Of a stretch of DNA of 64,000 nt, positions 20,701 through 29,181 are shown piece by piece. Below the pieces are notes generated by a model. That model made no database searches and was not told the DNA's origin. It saw nothing but the letters and a program-made list of their open reading frames with translations. The DNA lies in the IMG/VR virus record IMGVR_UViG_2864522212_000004, positions 72,255 to 136,254 of that record; one strand, 5' to 3'. The first letter of the stretch is position 1. Each line of letters begins with the position of its first letter. The translations under genes were made by a program, and so were the position numbers. Source of the DNA: a virus (Duplodnaviria; Caudoviricetes).

Positions 20701-21632
20701 ACGGTCTTCACGCCGCCCGTGGCACTGGTTTTGGCGGGTTTGACGGTGGCGGTGTCGTTCGGGGTCTGGCCGGTCGCCTCGTCGGAGTTCCTGTCGTAGT
20801 CGAGTTTGTACGCCTGGGTGAACACGATGTTGTCGAGCAGGTTGCCGCTGGTCGTGTTCACGCCGGATACCTGCCTGAATGTGAACCGGGTGACGGACTG
20901 GCCTGCGGGGATCGTGTAGTAGCCGACGTAGTGGCTGAAGTCGTCCTTGCTGGACTGGTTGCCGAACGGGTTGGTCGAGTGCGTGGCGATGGTGGTGGAC
21001 TTCTCGCCGATCTTGTCGCCGTACTTGTTCGAGCTGGTGCGGGTCATTTCGACGGGCCGCTCGTGGCCGGGCGCGCCTACCATGACCTGCATCTGGTCAA
21101 GGTGGATGCTGTAGCGGCTCGCGTGGTCGAGCTCGATCCTGTAGAGCGTGCCGGGCGTGGTGGCGATGTCCTGGTAGATCGCGGTGCCTTTCTGGCTTGC
21201 GCACAGTTCGCCCATCTGGGTGGTTTCGCCGGTGGCCTTCTGGAGTTCGACGGCGTTCGCGCGCTGTTCGGACATGGCGCCCTGTGTCTGGGTGCTGGAC
21301 CAGCCGAATCTGGTCGTGTCCAGTCCGCCGGGGATGTCGGACCATTTGGCGAGGTCGTCTCCCTGTCCGTTGCTGATCCACTGGCTGCGGTTGCGGTCGA
21401 TGCCGGTGAAGTAGTGTTGCAGGCTCTTCATGCTCGGGTATTCGAAGTCGCCGTTGACGAGCTCCCTTGGATACGTCGTGGCGGCCGATGCCGTCAGGCT
21501 CGTGATGGTCTTGCCGATATCGGGCATGCGGATCTCGTCCGCGTTCGCGGTGCCCGCCATCAGGAGCCCGCTGCCCATCAGGGTGCCCGCCGACACGATG
21601 CCGGCGACCATCCGTTTCAGCCATGTGCGCAT
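14793..21632 (-). CDS. Very large pilus-associated adhesin: five lectin-like repeats plus InlB-B/Listeria-Bacteroides repeats, LPFTG anchor
   Basis: Five repeats of NGxF..IYQDIAT.PG..HASR, about nine YDGNG..GYTFxGW..LYAQW repeats, sorting signal. Confidence 0.88.
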   Translation of the reverse strand: MRTWLKRMVAGIVSAGTLMGSGLLMAGTANADEIRMPDIGKTITSLTASAATTYPRELVNGDFEYPSMKSLQHYFTGIDRNRSQWISNGQGDDLAKWSDIPGGLDTTRFGWSSTQTQGAMSEQRANAVELQKATGETTQMGELCASQKGTAIYQDIATTPGTLYRIELDHASRYSIHLDQMQVMVGAPGHERPVEMTRTSSNKYGDKIGEKSTTIATHSTNPFGNQSSKDDFSHYVGYYTIPAGQSVTRFTFRQVSGVNTTSGNLLDNIVFTQAYKLDYDRNSDEATGQTPNDTATVKPAKTSATGGVKTVADENVRYGSLANGDFSYPSFSDIQENEQGTYADLRTFLKSDDGTLWYNMSTTDLSKYGKIGQIPGFDSSRFAWSSTENGSRVELQQDRNTKNTYAEIVAQQDNTSIYQNVSTGNGGVLYKIRLKHASRQSSHADKMQVLVGSDTAHATPVEMTRVTSNGHGDKVGGKSTTITTKVSNTDPRDHGSQWETYEGYYQVPEGQKNTVFMFKSLEGFKDVETLPGNNVGNLVDDIEFSRSYKLTYDKNASDATGKVPSNQRGKENTVQPAESKTTGNVKTVADNTSNLPDHLVNGTFDYRGNEIINENQRVYGSHDTTYLAIISAKTGIIGNPLHSKLDNWNSGKFGWKSNDDTAGADTVEVQRRNHTPYPTNAGNVWGEIAAAKRGKYIYQDIATTPGVVYKWSLKHASRNADQDDSMQVMIGEPGKTVAQQATRTTSNGSDKTGSVGTTITTHGTAQDGRWETYTGDYLATSTTTRFTFRSVRDSNGQGLDFTAEGNCVDDLSFDKAYKLSYDKNASDATGSVPSNQYGKENTVQPAKSKTTGSVGLAADKTVSGLTVHDLKKNDKGKVSSSSKADSTQPAAFKAPGAKVETIASRAAGDELAVNGGFDTPKWSIAKEGQGLPWVYVKPNAGTIRSYAQAMAGQTGVKAGGLTAATFAWQDLDAIGSNQNFELHREKDGNTAADVHAGRTVAQTVNTTPGASYTFSIRHSGRSKGNAGGVTLLTGPDKDHLTPVRLTRTTVSKTGQKYGDKTGDVGTVAYTHSDSMDATEGSHEPWDHSDDWESYEGTVIIPAGQSRTMIAYRGVAKDGTLTASANDSIIDDLSFRLAYKLSYDANGGAKKSTSQIKASTDGKVKTIAGKTDSLPTELVNGSFDYPAGLIAGVSTKYPWDDWTVVDPINGRYARHIGIDKDPWAPIPGWDASKFAWKSTQTKGTDWQQIAQGVELQKDSKTGNQYAELVAGQAGTAIYQDIATIPGVSYRWTLKHASLDRNHLDGMSVMIGEPGKESAQDARRTTVNGNGDQPGDVGKVISTKVSNDAESNHSSRNHDGQWETYTGTYIATGTVTRFIFKSVSSSNNVNGNILDDLSFTKAYRLGYDGNGGTGQVPSRTETGRTETAASGTDGTVRLAADKSAEPESGTIADDRRVLTDTTARQDDGTSQRTITRSDGSVRVETIADTGAVSGCQVYYPAGTRITLATAKADSDCWDSSQIGKTNRTFYGWSANTDANDRDVPVGDTMDRNTLNANVRTEIVMPARAKTVYALWAINPTLSYNVNTPAGSNAPGTPASQTVPYNTAAADKSGWAAGDTGKIPGYRFDGWYTAPNGGNKYDFNTPLTGNVTVYAHWVGNGYTVRFAGNGATGGGTPDQAFQYNIGQNLHRNGFVRDGYTFTGWKRADNQQAYGDGQWVTNLTTQPNGIVTMVAQWSANEAHIRYNPNPPAGKTTGGQGTPNWDGHTGDTPTIGQNGWTIDGYTFAGWATSPDGSGTKYAPGASWTANGTLTLYAQWTPGQASLTYDGNGATGGKTDPQTGKTDEKINVRDNGFTRDGYTFVTWNTQADCKGNAVKPNSEWTLRGSSTLYACWAGNAQTLTYHGNGATGGNTAAQSGKTGDELTTNANGFTRDGYTFVRWDTAKDGSGTAYGEGKNGVSQYVMKPAGNDLYAIWKANPATIQYRNDWPNTTGSTPDTTGNTGDTVTISQNSFDRPGYTFTGWSTSKRGDPSLQPGDKHTLEPRTTTVWAQWKADPAHLVYNSNIGTVGSETKTVDGVVDQTVKTITNPFDRPGYTFSGWNTQADGKGKAYATGADYVLTANDKSTPKNTSVLYAQWKINGASLKFNPNGGIGHVDDVTGDAFSTVTIPGDAKEPKITRPGYRFVGWSTEKNPPAGSTFLQPGEGKVTLPAEGSTTVYAQWEPSLTTLPFTGGQAQVPTIWLYAGFALMLIALGVMMPMLRMRMAATKRTGKHMPITGGKHAK

Positions 21633-21806
21633 TATCGGTTTTCCTTCCCCATCCCTCGCAATGTCTTCCGACGGATGAGCCAAGACCCGTACGAACCCCT
21701 CGTGGCGGGCCGGATAAAAAAGAATCATTCGGTGATGAGAGGCCGATAGGGGACGCGACCCCGCCCCCTATCGGCGGAACCCCGGCCTGGAGGGCCGGGA
21801 CATGTG

Positions 21807-23594
21807 TCAGGCGGCCGGATTGCCACCGTCATGCGTGAGCGTCAGCGCGTCGCGGCGGTTGCGCGCGCCGCGCACGGCTATCATGCCGCCGATCGCGAAC
21901 AGGGGCATGGCGCAGGCCAGCCAGAACGCGAACGCGAGCACGCCGCCCGTCTGCGGCAGTTGGGTCAGGTTCGCGACGTTCTTGACCTGGACGGTGTTGT
22001 TGTCCAGCCTGCTGGTCAGGTTCGGCACGGTGCCGGTGCCCCTGTACTGGATGCTGGTGCCCGCGTCGTCGATGGTGACGGTGAACGTCGGTTTCGCGTA
22101 GCTGGCGTAGCCGGCCGGCTCCCGGGTTTCGGTGACCGTGTACGTGCCGTAGCCGAGGCCCTTGAACCGGATGAGGCCCCTCTGGCTCGCGTCATCCCTG
22201 TTGTTTACCGTCCCGTCATGGTTCGTGTCGCCGGTCACGAACACGGTGGCGGAACCCTGGTTGGCCGCATCCGACCATTTGCCGGTGTTCCAGTCGAGAT
22301 TCATCCACTTGCCGTTGCGCTGGATCTGGAACTGGGCGCCGTCGAGCAGCGTGTTCACGTTGCCCGCGTCCACCTTCCGCAGGGTGAAGTCGTAGGCCTT
22401 GATGTCGGCCTTGTCCTGGTCGGTGATGGTCGTGAAGTGGATGCCGTCGGTGAACGTGCCGTACGTGTGGATGGTGTTGTTGGCCGGGTCGGTGACGCTG
22501 GCCTTGTCGACGGTCATGCGGTAGGTGATGACGATCGTCCTGTTGGAGTATTTGTCGAGAAGTTTCTTGCCGTCGATGCCCCAGCCGCCGGCCGGGATCG
22601 CGAGATCCGGGTCTGCGGGCCGGTTGTCGGCGGTCTTCAGGGTCGGGTCGCCGGGGATGCTTTTCGCGTTGTTCTGCGTGGTCCCGTCGTAGATGACCGC
22701 GTCGGCCGTGATGTCGGTCTGCGGCGCGTTCTTCAGCCGGACGCTCAGCGAGCCCTTCACGTACGTCTGGCCCTTCGGCTGGTCGACGAGCTTGAACTTG
22801 ACGGCGGATGCGGCCTGCTTGTTCGGCACGGTCACCTCGACCGTGTTGGTGACGGTGTCGCCGACGGTCACGCCGACCGGATCGTTGGTGGTGCCGTCCT
22901 TGCCTACCGTGGCGCCGTTGCGCTGCACCTGGACCTTCTTGTCGACCCTCACGCTTTTCGCCTTGATGACCGCGGTGCCGAGGGTCCGCCACTGCGGGTC
23001 CTTCGCGTCGTTCTTCATGATGTTCGCGTTGCCGGATTTCGTGCCGATCATGATCGGGTTGCCCGCGGAATCCGTGATGTAGTAGAAGCCTTCGGCGGGC
23101 ACGTTGATGGTCAGCGTGTTCCGGGTGGTCGTCAGGTTCGCTCCGCCCTGGATGGCGGCCGGCTTCCGAGTGGACTGGGACAGGGCCTTGCTGATGTTGC
23201 GCAATTGACTGGTCTGGGAGTCCATCTTGATGTTGGCGATGTTGCCCGCGTCATCGTAGCCGTACACCTTGGCGATGTCGTCGCCCGTGCCCGGATCGTA
23301 CGCGTTGGCGATGCCGATCGCGTCGGCCGCCCACGCGTTCGACGCCGTGGTGCCGCGCACGCCGAGACTGCTGATCTGCGTGCCGTTCAGGATCTGGTCC
23401 GTGTACGTGCCGATCTGGTACACGTTGAACGTGTGGCCGGCCAGCGAATTGCCGTCCGCGCCGTTCAGGGTGATGGTCGCACCCGCCGCCATCGCGGATG
23501 GGGCCAGCGCCAGGCCGGCCAGCATGCTCGCGGTCGCGCAGGCCATTGCCGTCACGATCATTGGCATGCGCCGTGTCGTTTGGTTGTCTCTCAT
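21807..23594 (-). CDS. Major (backbone) pilin, SpaA/FimA-like
   Basis: Signal peptide, E-box YTVTETREPAGY, KVD..LxGAxF, VKN..LPQTG. Confidence 0.88.
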   Translation of the reverse strand: MRDNQTTRRMPMIVTAMACATASMLAGLALAPSAMAAGATITLNGADGNSLAGHTFNVYQIGTYTDQILNGTQISSLGVRGTTASNAWAADAIGIANAYDPGTGDDIAKVYGYDDAGNIANIKMDSQTSQLRNISKALSQSTRKPAAIQGGANLTTTRNTLTINVPAEGFYYITDSAGNPIMIGTKSGNANIMKNDAKDPQWRTLGTAVIKAKSVRVDKKVQVQRNGATVGKDGTTNDPVGVTVGDTVTNTVEVTVPNKQAASAVKFKLVDQPKGQTYVKGSLSVRLKNAPQTDITADAVIYDGTTQNNAKSIPGDPTLKTADNRPADPDLAIPAGGWGIDGKKLLDKYSNRTIVITYRMTVDKASVTDPANNTIHTYGTFTDGIHFTTITDQDKADIKAYDFTLRKVDAGNVNTLLDGAQFQIQRNGKWMNLDWNTGKWSDAANQGSATVFVTGDTNHDGTVNNRDDASQRGLIRFKGLGYGTYTVTETREPAGYASYAKPTFTVTIDDAGTSIQYRGTGTVPNLTSRLDNNTVQVKNVANLTQLPQTGGVLAFAFWLACAMPLFAIGGMIAVRGARNRRDALTLTHDGGNPAA

Positions 23595-23856
23595 TCCAGT
23601 GTTTTCCTTTCCTTGTTTGCACGTCCTGTCGAGGACGGGAAGCGACCCCACCGGTAGATGCGGCATGGTTGGCGTCCAACGGGTCGAATCCGGCGACTTT
23701 CACCGCGGACGGCCTGTATTTGCCCGGCTTCAGACCGAACTCGCTTATCGGCTTCGGCGTACGGCTGATGGGAATGGTCGTCTTCGTTTCCTTCAACGTA
23801 CATGCAAAATCGGTTTATTCCAACATTTTTTCGGTATTTACCAAAGTTTTTGAATT

Positions 23857-23884
23857 AAAAATAGGGATGCCTTTCGGCATCCCT
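23857..23884 (-). terminator. Intrinsic terminator
   Basis: agggatgcc-tttc-ggcatccct with a T tract on the minus strand. Confidence 0.7.
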
Positions 23885-24001
23885 TGTTGATGTCATGCTA
23901 TAGGAGCCGGTTTGCAGGAGGGTCCCGCATGGCATCAAGATTCAACGTGGGGTTTGACAGGGGAGGGTGTTTGCCTCTCCTGCCAAACCTTCGATGGGTG
24001 G

Positions 24002-25549
24002 TCAGGAGTTTAGCGGCTGATCGGATGACGCTTCGCTGTCATCGGCTTCCGGGGCCGGGGTCTCGTCCGTGGCCTTGCCCTTCGGCTTGCGGACAGCGAC
24101 CGTGATTCCCAATGCTCCGCCGATGATGGCGAGAATGCCGATGAGCCAGCCAACCCAGCCGATTCCCACGCCGGTGGAGGCGAGCGGGTTCGCGCCGTTC
24201 ACCGGCGGCTTGGAAGTCGTGCCGTCATTGTTGTTCTGGCTTTTGTTTCCGGCATTGTCACCAGGGTTGATGGTGGCTCCGCCATCATCCTTGCCTTGGT
24301 ATTCGAACGTCCAGGTGACGGTCGTGCCGTCCTTGGAAGCGGCGAACACCAGCTTCGAGTCGGATGCGGTCTTGTCAAGCTTCCAATCGGACGGGACGTT
24401 CGAGATCTTCACCTCGGCGCCTTTGGCGACCCTGTAGGTGCCGGATTTCGTCGGGTCGAAGCTCGGGAGCGGTTTCCCGTCAACGGTGGCCACCACGCCC
24501 TTCAACGCGTCCACGCCCGTGACGGGCTTGTCCGGATCGGTCGTGGAATCGTATGTGAACGTCCACGTGACGACGGTGACGTCGCCCTTCTTGATGTCGT
24601 AGGACAGGGTGCCGGGTTTCGCGTCAAGATTCTTATAGCTCGCCCAACCGTCGGGCAGGCCGGAGAGTTTCACCTCCGCGCCGTCGGGAATGGTCCATGT
24701 GCCGGTCTTCGTCGGGTTGAACCCGTCGACCGGTTTCCCGTCGGCGGTGGCGGTCACCCCCGCCAGTTCGCTTGGATCGGCCTTGTCCCCGGTGCTCGGC
24801 GTGGTGGTTCCGTCATCGTACTTGAACGTCCAGGTGACGGTCACATCATCCTTCGTGCAGGTGAAGGTGAGCGTGCCGGTCTTCGAATCCGCCTTATGGT
24901 CGAGCTTCCATCCGTCGGGCACGTCGCCGATCTTCACCTCCGCGCCGTCGGGCACGGTGTATGTGCCGTCCTTCACCGGATTGAAGTCCTTGACGGCGGT
25001 GCCATTGGCGGTGGCGGTCACGCCCTTCAGCTCGCCCGGATCGGCTTTGCTGCTCGCATCCTGTGAGGCGGTGTGCAGCGTGTAGGCGACGGTGCCGCCG
25101 CTCTTCTTGCCCTTGATCGTGACCCGGTACGCCAGGTCGCCGGAGGACGGCTTGTCCTTCGCGATCTTTCCGTCGACGAGCCAGCCGGTGGCGTTCGTGT
25201 CGATCTCGAGCGGCGCGCCCATCGGCTTCAGCAGTCCCGTGTTCGAGGTGGGGATCTTGCCTGCGACCGTGTCGAGTGCCGATTCCTTGACGCCGTAATA
25301 GTCGGTGGTGGATGGGTCGAACCCGTCGATGCCCAGGGCGGATGCGATCTTGTCCTTGTGATTGTTGAGGAACGCCTTCTCTTCGGTGCTGAACTTGTCG
25401 AGCGGATTCGGAGCCGTCGAACGGGCCGAAATCGACGAGGACGGGTTCCCCGATACCTGATCCGCGAAAGCGGTGGGCAACACGATCATGGGGCTTACGG
25501 ACAGGGCCAGGCCAAGCGCTACGGCGACAATCCGTTTTTGTTTCATCAT
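24002..25549 (-). CDS. LASTG-anchored surface protein with three internal repeats of about 80 aa
   Basis: Repeats ELxGVTAT.DG..V..FNP.K.GTY..P.GAEVK; sorting signal. Confidence 0.85.
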   Translation of the reverse strand: MMKQKRIVAVALGLALSVSPMIVLPTAFADQVSGNPSSSISARSTAPNPLDKFSTEEKAFLNNHKDKIASALGIDGFDPSTTDYYGVKESALDTVAGKIPTSNTGLLKPMGAPLEIDTNATGWLVDGKIAKDKPSSGDLAYRVTIKGKKSGGTVAYTLHTASQDASSKADPGELKGVTATANGTAVKDFNPVKDGTYTVPDGAEVKIGDVPDGWKLDHKADSKTGTLTFTCTKDDVTVTWTFKYDDGTTTPSTGDKADPSELAGVTATADGKPVDGFNPTKTGTWTIPDGAEVKLSGLPDGWASYKNLDAKPGTLSYDIKKGDVTVVTWTFTYDSTTDPDKPVTGVDALKGVVATVDGKPLPSFDPTKSGTYRVAKGAEVKISNVPSDWKLDKTASDSKLVFAASKDGTTVTWTFEYQGKDDGGATINPGDNAGNKSQNNNDGTTSKPPVNGANPLASTGVGIGWVGWLIGILAIIGGALGITVAVRKPKGKATDETPAPEADDSEASSDQPLNS

Positions 25550-25645
25550 GTTCTTTCCTTTTCTTGTTTTTTGCCCGACATTTCACGCCGAGTCAGAAAA
25601 AATAATGGAAGGCTTGCGACCGCATCAGGTCGCAAGCCGTTGCTA

Positions 25646-27991
25646 TTAGAAGCTGCGTCCGCGCTGGCGCCGACGTGCAACGAGTCCGAGAACCGCTCCC
25701 ATAGCCATCAACGCCATCGACAGGAACGCTACGGTTCCGCCGCCGACGCCCGTGGAGGCGAGTCCGAGCGCATTGTTCCCGTTGCCGCCGAATGGTTTGC
25801 GGGTGACATGCACCTTGTAGGTGGTCTTGACCAATCCGTCACCGGATGTGACAGTAATGGTGGCGTCCGCACCCTTCTTCTCGGTGCTGACGGTCATGCC
25901 GCTTGCCTTGTCGTACTGCGGGGAGACCATCCATTCGTCCGGATCGTTCACGGATGCGTTGTACTCGTGTCTGGCCGGGTCGAAGCCCTTGACGGCCGTA
26001 CCGTCCACGAGGATGCCTGTGAGCTGCGCCTTGTGCGTGGCCGCCGTGATGTAGGTGACGGTGTACGTGTGTTGCGCGAAGGTCGAACCGTCCGGCGCGA
26101 GCACGTTGACCGTGTACGTGTAGGTCATGCCCTCATGTGCGACGGTGACGGTCGCGGATTGCCCGTTCTTCGGCTCATAGGCGAATGTTCCACCCTCGGG
26201 AATCTCGTAGGAACCCTTGTCTGATACGACGTATTTGCCGTCCTTGCCGGTGTAGCCGTGCGATGCAAGATTGGTGTCCTGCTGGCTTTCCGGGTCCACC
26301 GTGGAATCCTGCTTCGCTGGGTCTGCCGGCTTGAATTCGGTGACGGCGGTTTTCACCGGCCTGGTCACTGTCAGGCTGTAGGTGCGGCTTACGCCGGTTG
26401 CGGTGTCGGTGACGATCCATTCCTGGCGGGTGGATTGCGCGTTCTGCGTGATGTTGCCGCCCTTGATGGTGACTCCGTCAGGCGCTTCGGGCAGCACATA
26501 CGGGCTTGGATCCTTCTCCCCCAGTGCGAGCACGTAGTCGAGCCGGTTCGGATCCCAGTTGTCGATGAGCTGGCCCTTCGTGTTCTCGCCGGTCTTGTTC
26601 ACGTACAGTCCGGTGAGTTTCGCAGGGGAATCTGCTTTCAGGTCGGCCGGCTGGAATTTCACGTTAACCGTGTAGTCGGCTCCGTTCACGTTCACCTTGA
26701 GCACGCGGGAGGCTCCCTCTCCGAGCGCGAGCGTCGGCTTGGATGCCTGGGCGTCGACACCGTGGGTGAGGCCCAGCGTGTAGCTGTCGCCGACCGCATC
26801 GGCCGGTAGGGTCAGCGTGTATTCATGGGTGCTGGGGTTGAATTTCGCATTGAAGTCTTTGGCCCCGTCGTATACGGTGGTTTCGCCTTTGGCGTTGGTG
26901 CGGGTCACGGTCAGGCCGGTAAAGCTCTTGTCCTGGGCTCGATCCGCGGTGACATCCACTTCCACCGGCACGGTGACGCTTTTCTTGCTGGCGTCATCCT
27001 GGATGGTGACTTCGCCGGAAGCTGTTCCGGTGAGGCGTACGAACTTGCTGGCGGTGTCGCCGGTTCCCTTATCGACAACCTGCACGTCTTTGCCCCATTG
27101 GATGGGCAGTGTGGTCTTGATGCCGGTGAGGGTCACCGTGTCCGTGCTGGGCTTGTTGGATTCGTCCAATGTCGGACCGGCGTAATCCGCATGGTATTTT
27201 CCGTCATCAGACTTGGTGAGTTCCGTTTCGGTGCCGTCCACGGTCACCGGGTTGCCCGAGGTGTAGGCGAACGGCAGTGTCACGTTGAATGCCGGAGTGT
27301 TCTTCGTCGCGTCGGCGGCCTGCTTGTAGACGGCGGTGCCGGATACGTTCAGCTGGCCCAGCTTGTCGCCGGATTCCACGGTGACGTTCTGGTAGACGGG
27401 TGTCAGCGTGATGGTGGTTGCTCCGTTGGTGACGGTGATGTCGCCCGGGTAGGAGGCGCTTTGGTCCAGGACCGCGGATGCGGTGTCGCCTTTCACGCCG
27501 AGGGGGTATGTCTTCTTGCCGTCAACGGTGGCGTTCCATGGTTGGGTCGGCTGGTCGTCGACGATTTTGTCGACGATTTCATAATCCGTGACGGTCAACG
27601 TGAACTTGGGCGCGGAATCGGCGGCGCTGGTGTAGACGACGGGGCCGCTGATTTTCCCGTCCGTAGGTTTCTGGCTGGTGGTCAGAGTGATCTGGGACTT
27701 GTCTGTGCCGGACACGATCACCTGGTTTTGGAACTTGCCTTTGACCTTGGGGACGGTTGCCGTGTAATCGCCTTTGCCGTCCTTCGTGAAGTCGACTGGC
27801 GTGCCTGCCACGGTGGTCGTGTATTTGACTTCCTGCGTGGCTTGGGCGGCGCTGGTGCCGGTGTTGCCGTTCGCGGTGTTTTCGTCGGCGGTGGCCGTCA
27901 TGACGCCGGGCCCCGCCATGCCGAGGGTCAATGCCGCGACGGTGGCGATGGTGCCCGCATTGCGCAGACCGCTGCTGTTACGTTTGGTCAT
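25646..27991 (-). CDS. LASTG-anchored surface protein with cadherin-like beta-sandwich repeats
   Basis: Signal peptide, LTGI.VDG..FDPARHEY-type repeats, LASTG + TM + RRRQR. Confidence 0.85.
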   Translation of the reverse strand: MTKRNSSGLRNAGTIATVAALTLGMAGPGVMTATADENTANGNTGTSAAQATQEVKYTTTVAGTPVDFTKDGKGDYTATVPKVKGKFQNQVIVSGTDKSQITLTTSQKPTDGKISGPVVYTSAADSAPKFTLTVTDYEIVDKIVDDQPTQPWNATVDGKKTYPLGVKGDTASAVLDQSASYPGDITVTNGATTITLTPVYQNVTVESGDKLGQLNVSGTAVYKQAADATKNTPAFNVTLPFAYTSGNPVTVDGTETELTKSDDGKYHADYAGPTLDESNKPSTDTVTLTGIKTTLPIQWGKDVQVVDKGTGDTASKFVRLTGTASGEVTIQDDASKKSVTVPVEVDVTADRAQDKSFTGLTVTRTNAKGETTVYDGAKDFNAKFNPSTHEYTLTLPADAVGDSYTLGLTHGVDAQASKPTLALGEGASRVLKVNVNGADYTVNVKFQPADLKADSPAKLTGLYVNKTGENTKGQLIDNWDPNRLDYVLALGEKDPSPYVLPEAPDGVTIKGGNITQNAQSTRQEWIVTDTATGVSRTYSLTVTRPVKTAVTEFKPADPAKQDSTVDPESQQDTNLASHGYTGKDGKYVVSDKGSYEIPEGGTFAYEPKNGQSATVTVAHEGMTYTYTVNVLAPDGSTFAQHTYTVTYITAATHKAQLTGILVDGTAVKGFDPARHEYNASVNDPDEWMVSPQYDKASGMTVSTEKKGADATITVTSGDGLVKTTYKVHVTRKPFGGNGNNALGLASTGVGGGTVAFLSMALMAMGAVLGLVARRRQRGRSF

Positions 27992-28132
27992 TTCGAGGGT
28001 TCTCCTTGCCTGAGTTTTCTCAAACAGTTCCCACTGTAACCTCAGGGTTTGTAATTAACCGGTTTTTTATTGAAAATAACCGATTTTCTTCCGTTGCCGC
28101 ATGGCCCGGCATCGACGGCAACGGAAGAAACT

Positions 28133-28573
28133 TCAGCCAACCGTCGCATCGTCCGCGGTCCAACCCATCAGCTTCAAAGCATCAGACACGTGGCTTCCGG
28201 CGCATTCGAGATCCTTGAACGTCTGACGTACGAGCTCCCGGACCTGCGGGTCGTCGAAATGCTGGCAGTCCAGCATGGTGCGTGCCAGTTCCGACGTGTT
28301 CATCGCATAATCATGCACCAGTCCCAGCATGTCTCGCTTCTGGTCCTCAGTCAGCTGCTCGTCTTCCAAGTCCGGTTCGCCGTAGTCGAATTCGTCCACT
28401 TCGCCCGGTGCGTACTGGAATCCGACCGGAGGTGTCGGCATGTCCGGTTCATGCCCTTCGCGCTGCCTGTCCAGCCATGCGTTCCAGAACTCCTCCCCCT
28501 CCTCGCGCGTCACGTTTTCGGGAAGGTTGTCCAAGAAGGTGTCTCGGATTGTTTGTGTGGTGATGTCTGCCAT
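28133..28573 (-). CDS. Hypothetical acidic protein
   Basis: RBS ggag upstream of ATG 28573; protein-like from MADITTQ. Confidence 0.7.
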   Translation of the reverse strand: MADITTQTIRDTFLDNLPENVTREEGEEFWNAWLDRQREGHEPDMPTPPVGFQYAPGEVDEFDYGEPDLEDEQLTEDQKRDMLGLVHDYAMNTSELARTMLDCQHFDDPQVRELVRQTFKDLECAGSHVSDALKLMGWTADDATVG

Positions 28574-28644
28574 TTGTTTTTTTCTCCAATCGGTTTTTTC
28601 TGATGGCGTTTTTTTGATTCGATGTTCTTGCGATGTCCGGGGGG

Positions 28645-29181
28645 CTATTCCGCCCGATGCGGCCGAGCCGAGAGTCCGCCGATGATGCTTTGGACGACGG
28701 TCGTGACCGGGGCCGGATCGCGTGGATCGGGGTTTCCCCCCGGCCGTGTCTGCGGCAGGCTTTTCGTCGCCCCGTCCCTCGGGCCGCCCAGCATCGGGTG
28801 ACGGGACAATTCCAACGCACGCTGCACCGCCTGCGTGGCGGGACGGCCACGGCCCAATGATTTGAGCAGAGAGCGTCGGAACTGCCACATCTCGTCGGGG
28901 TCGGAAATCTGGTTCTCCTCCATCAGCCGGGTGATGGTCGCCTCCGATGGCATCGACTGCCGTCGTTTCCTTCTCACGGCGAGGTTGATATCCCCCACCG
29001 TCATCCATTCGCCGTGAGGATGCAATGCGTAGAATTCCCGTACCGCGGCGTTGGCCTCGTCGAACGACACCGATCTGGACAGCTCCTCGTAGAAGCATTG
29101 GGCCTGCGCGTCGCTGATTGGCGCGTTCCCGTGATGTACGTTGATGCGGCGCAGCACCTGCAGAGCTTCGTTAAAGTTCAT
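28645..29181 (-). CDS. Phage-type helicase loader/inhibitor-like protein (G39P-like N-terminus)
   Basis: Overlaps the rep stop; EA..VL..I..LS..F.EANAAVREFY pattern; position directly after the initiator. Confidence 0.6.
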   Translation of the reverse strand: MNFNEALQVLRRINVHHGNAPISDAQAQCFYEELSRSVSFDEANAAVREFYALHPHGEWMTVGDINLAVRRKRRQSMPSEATITRLMEENQISDPDEMWQFRRSLLKSLGRGRPATQAVQRALELSRHPMLGGPRDGATKSLPQTRPGGNPDPRDPAPVTTVVQSIIGGLSARPHRAE

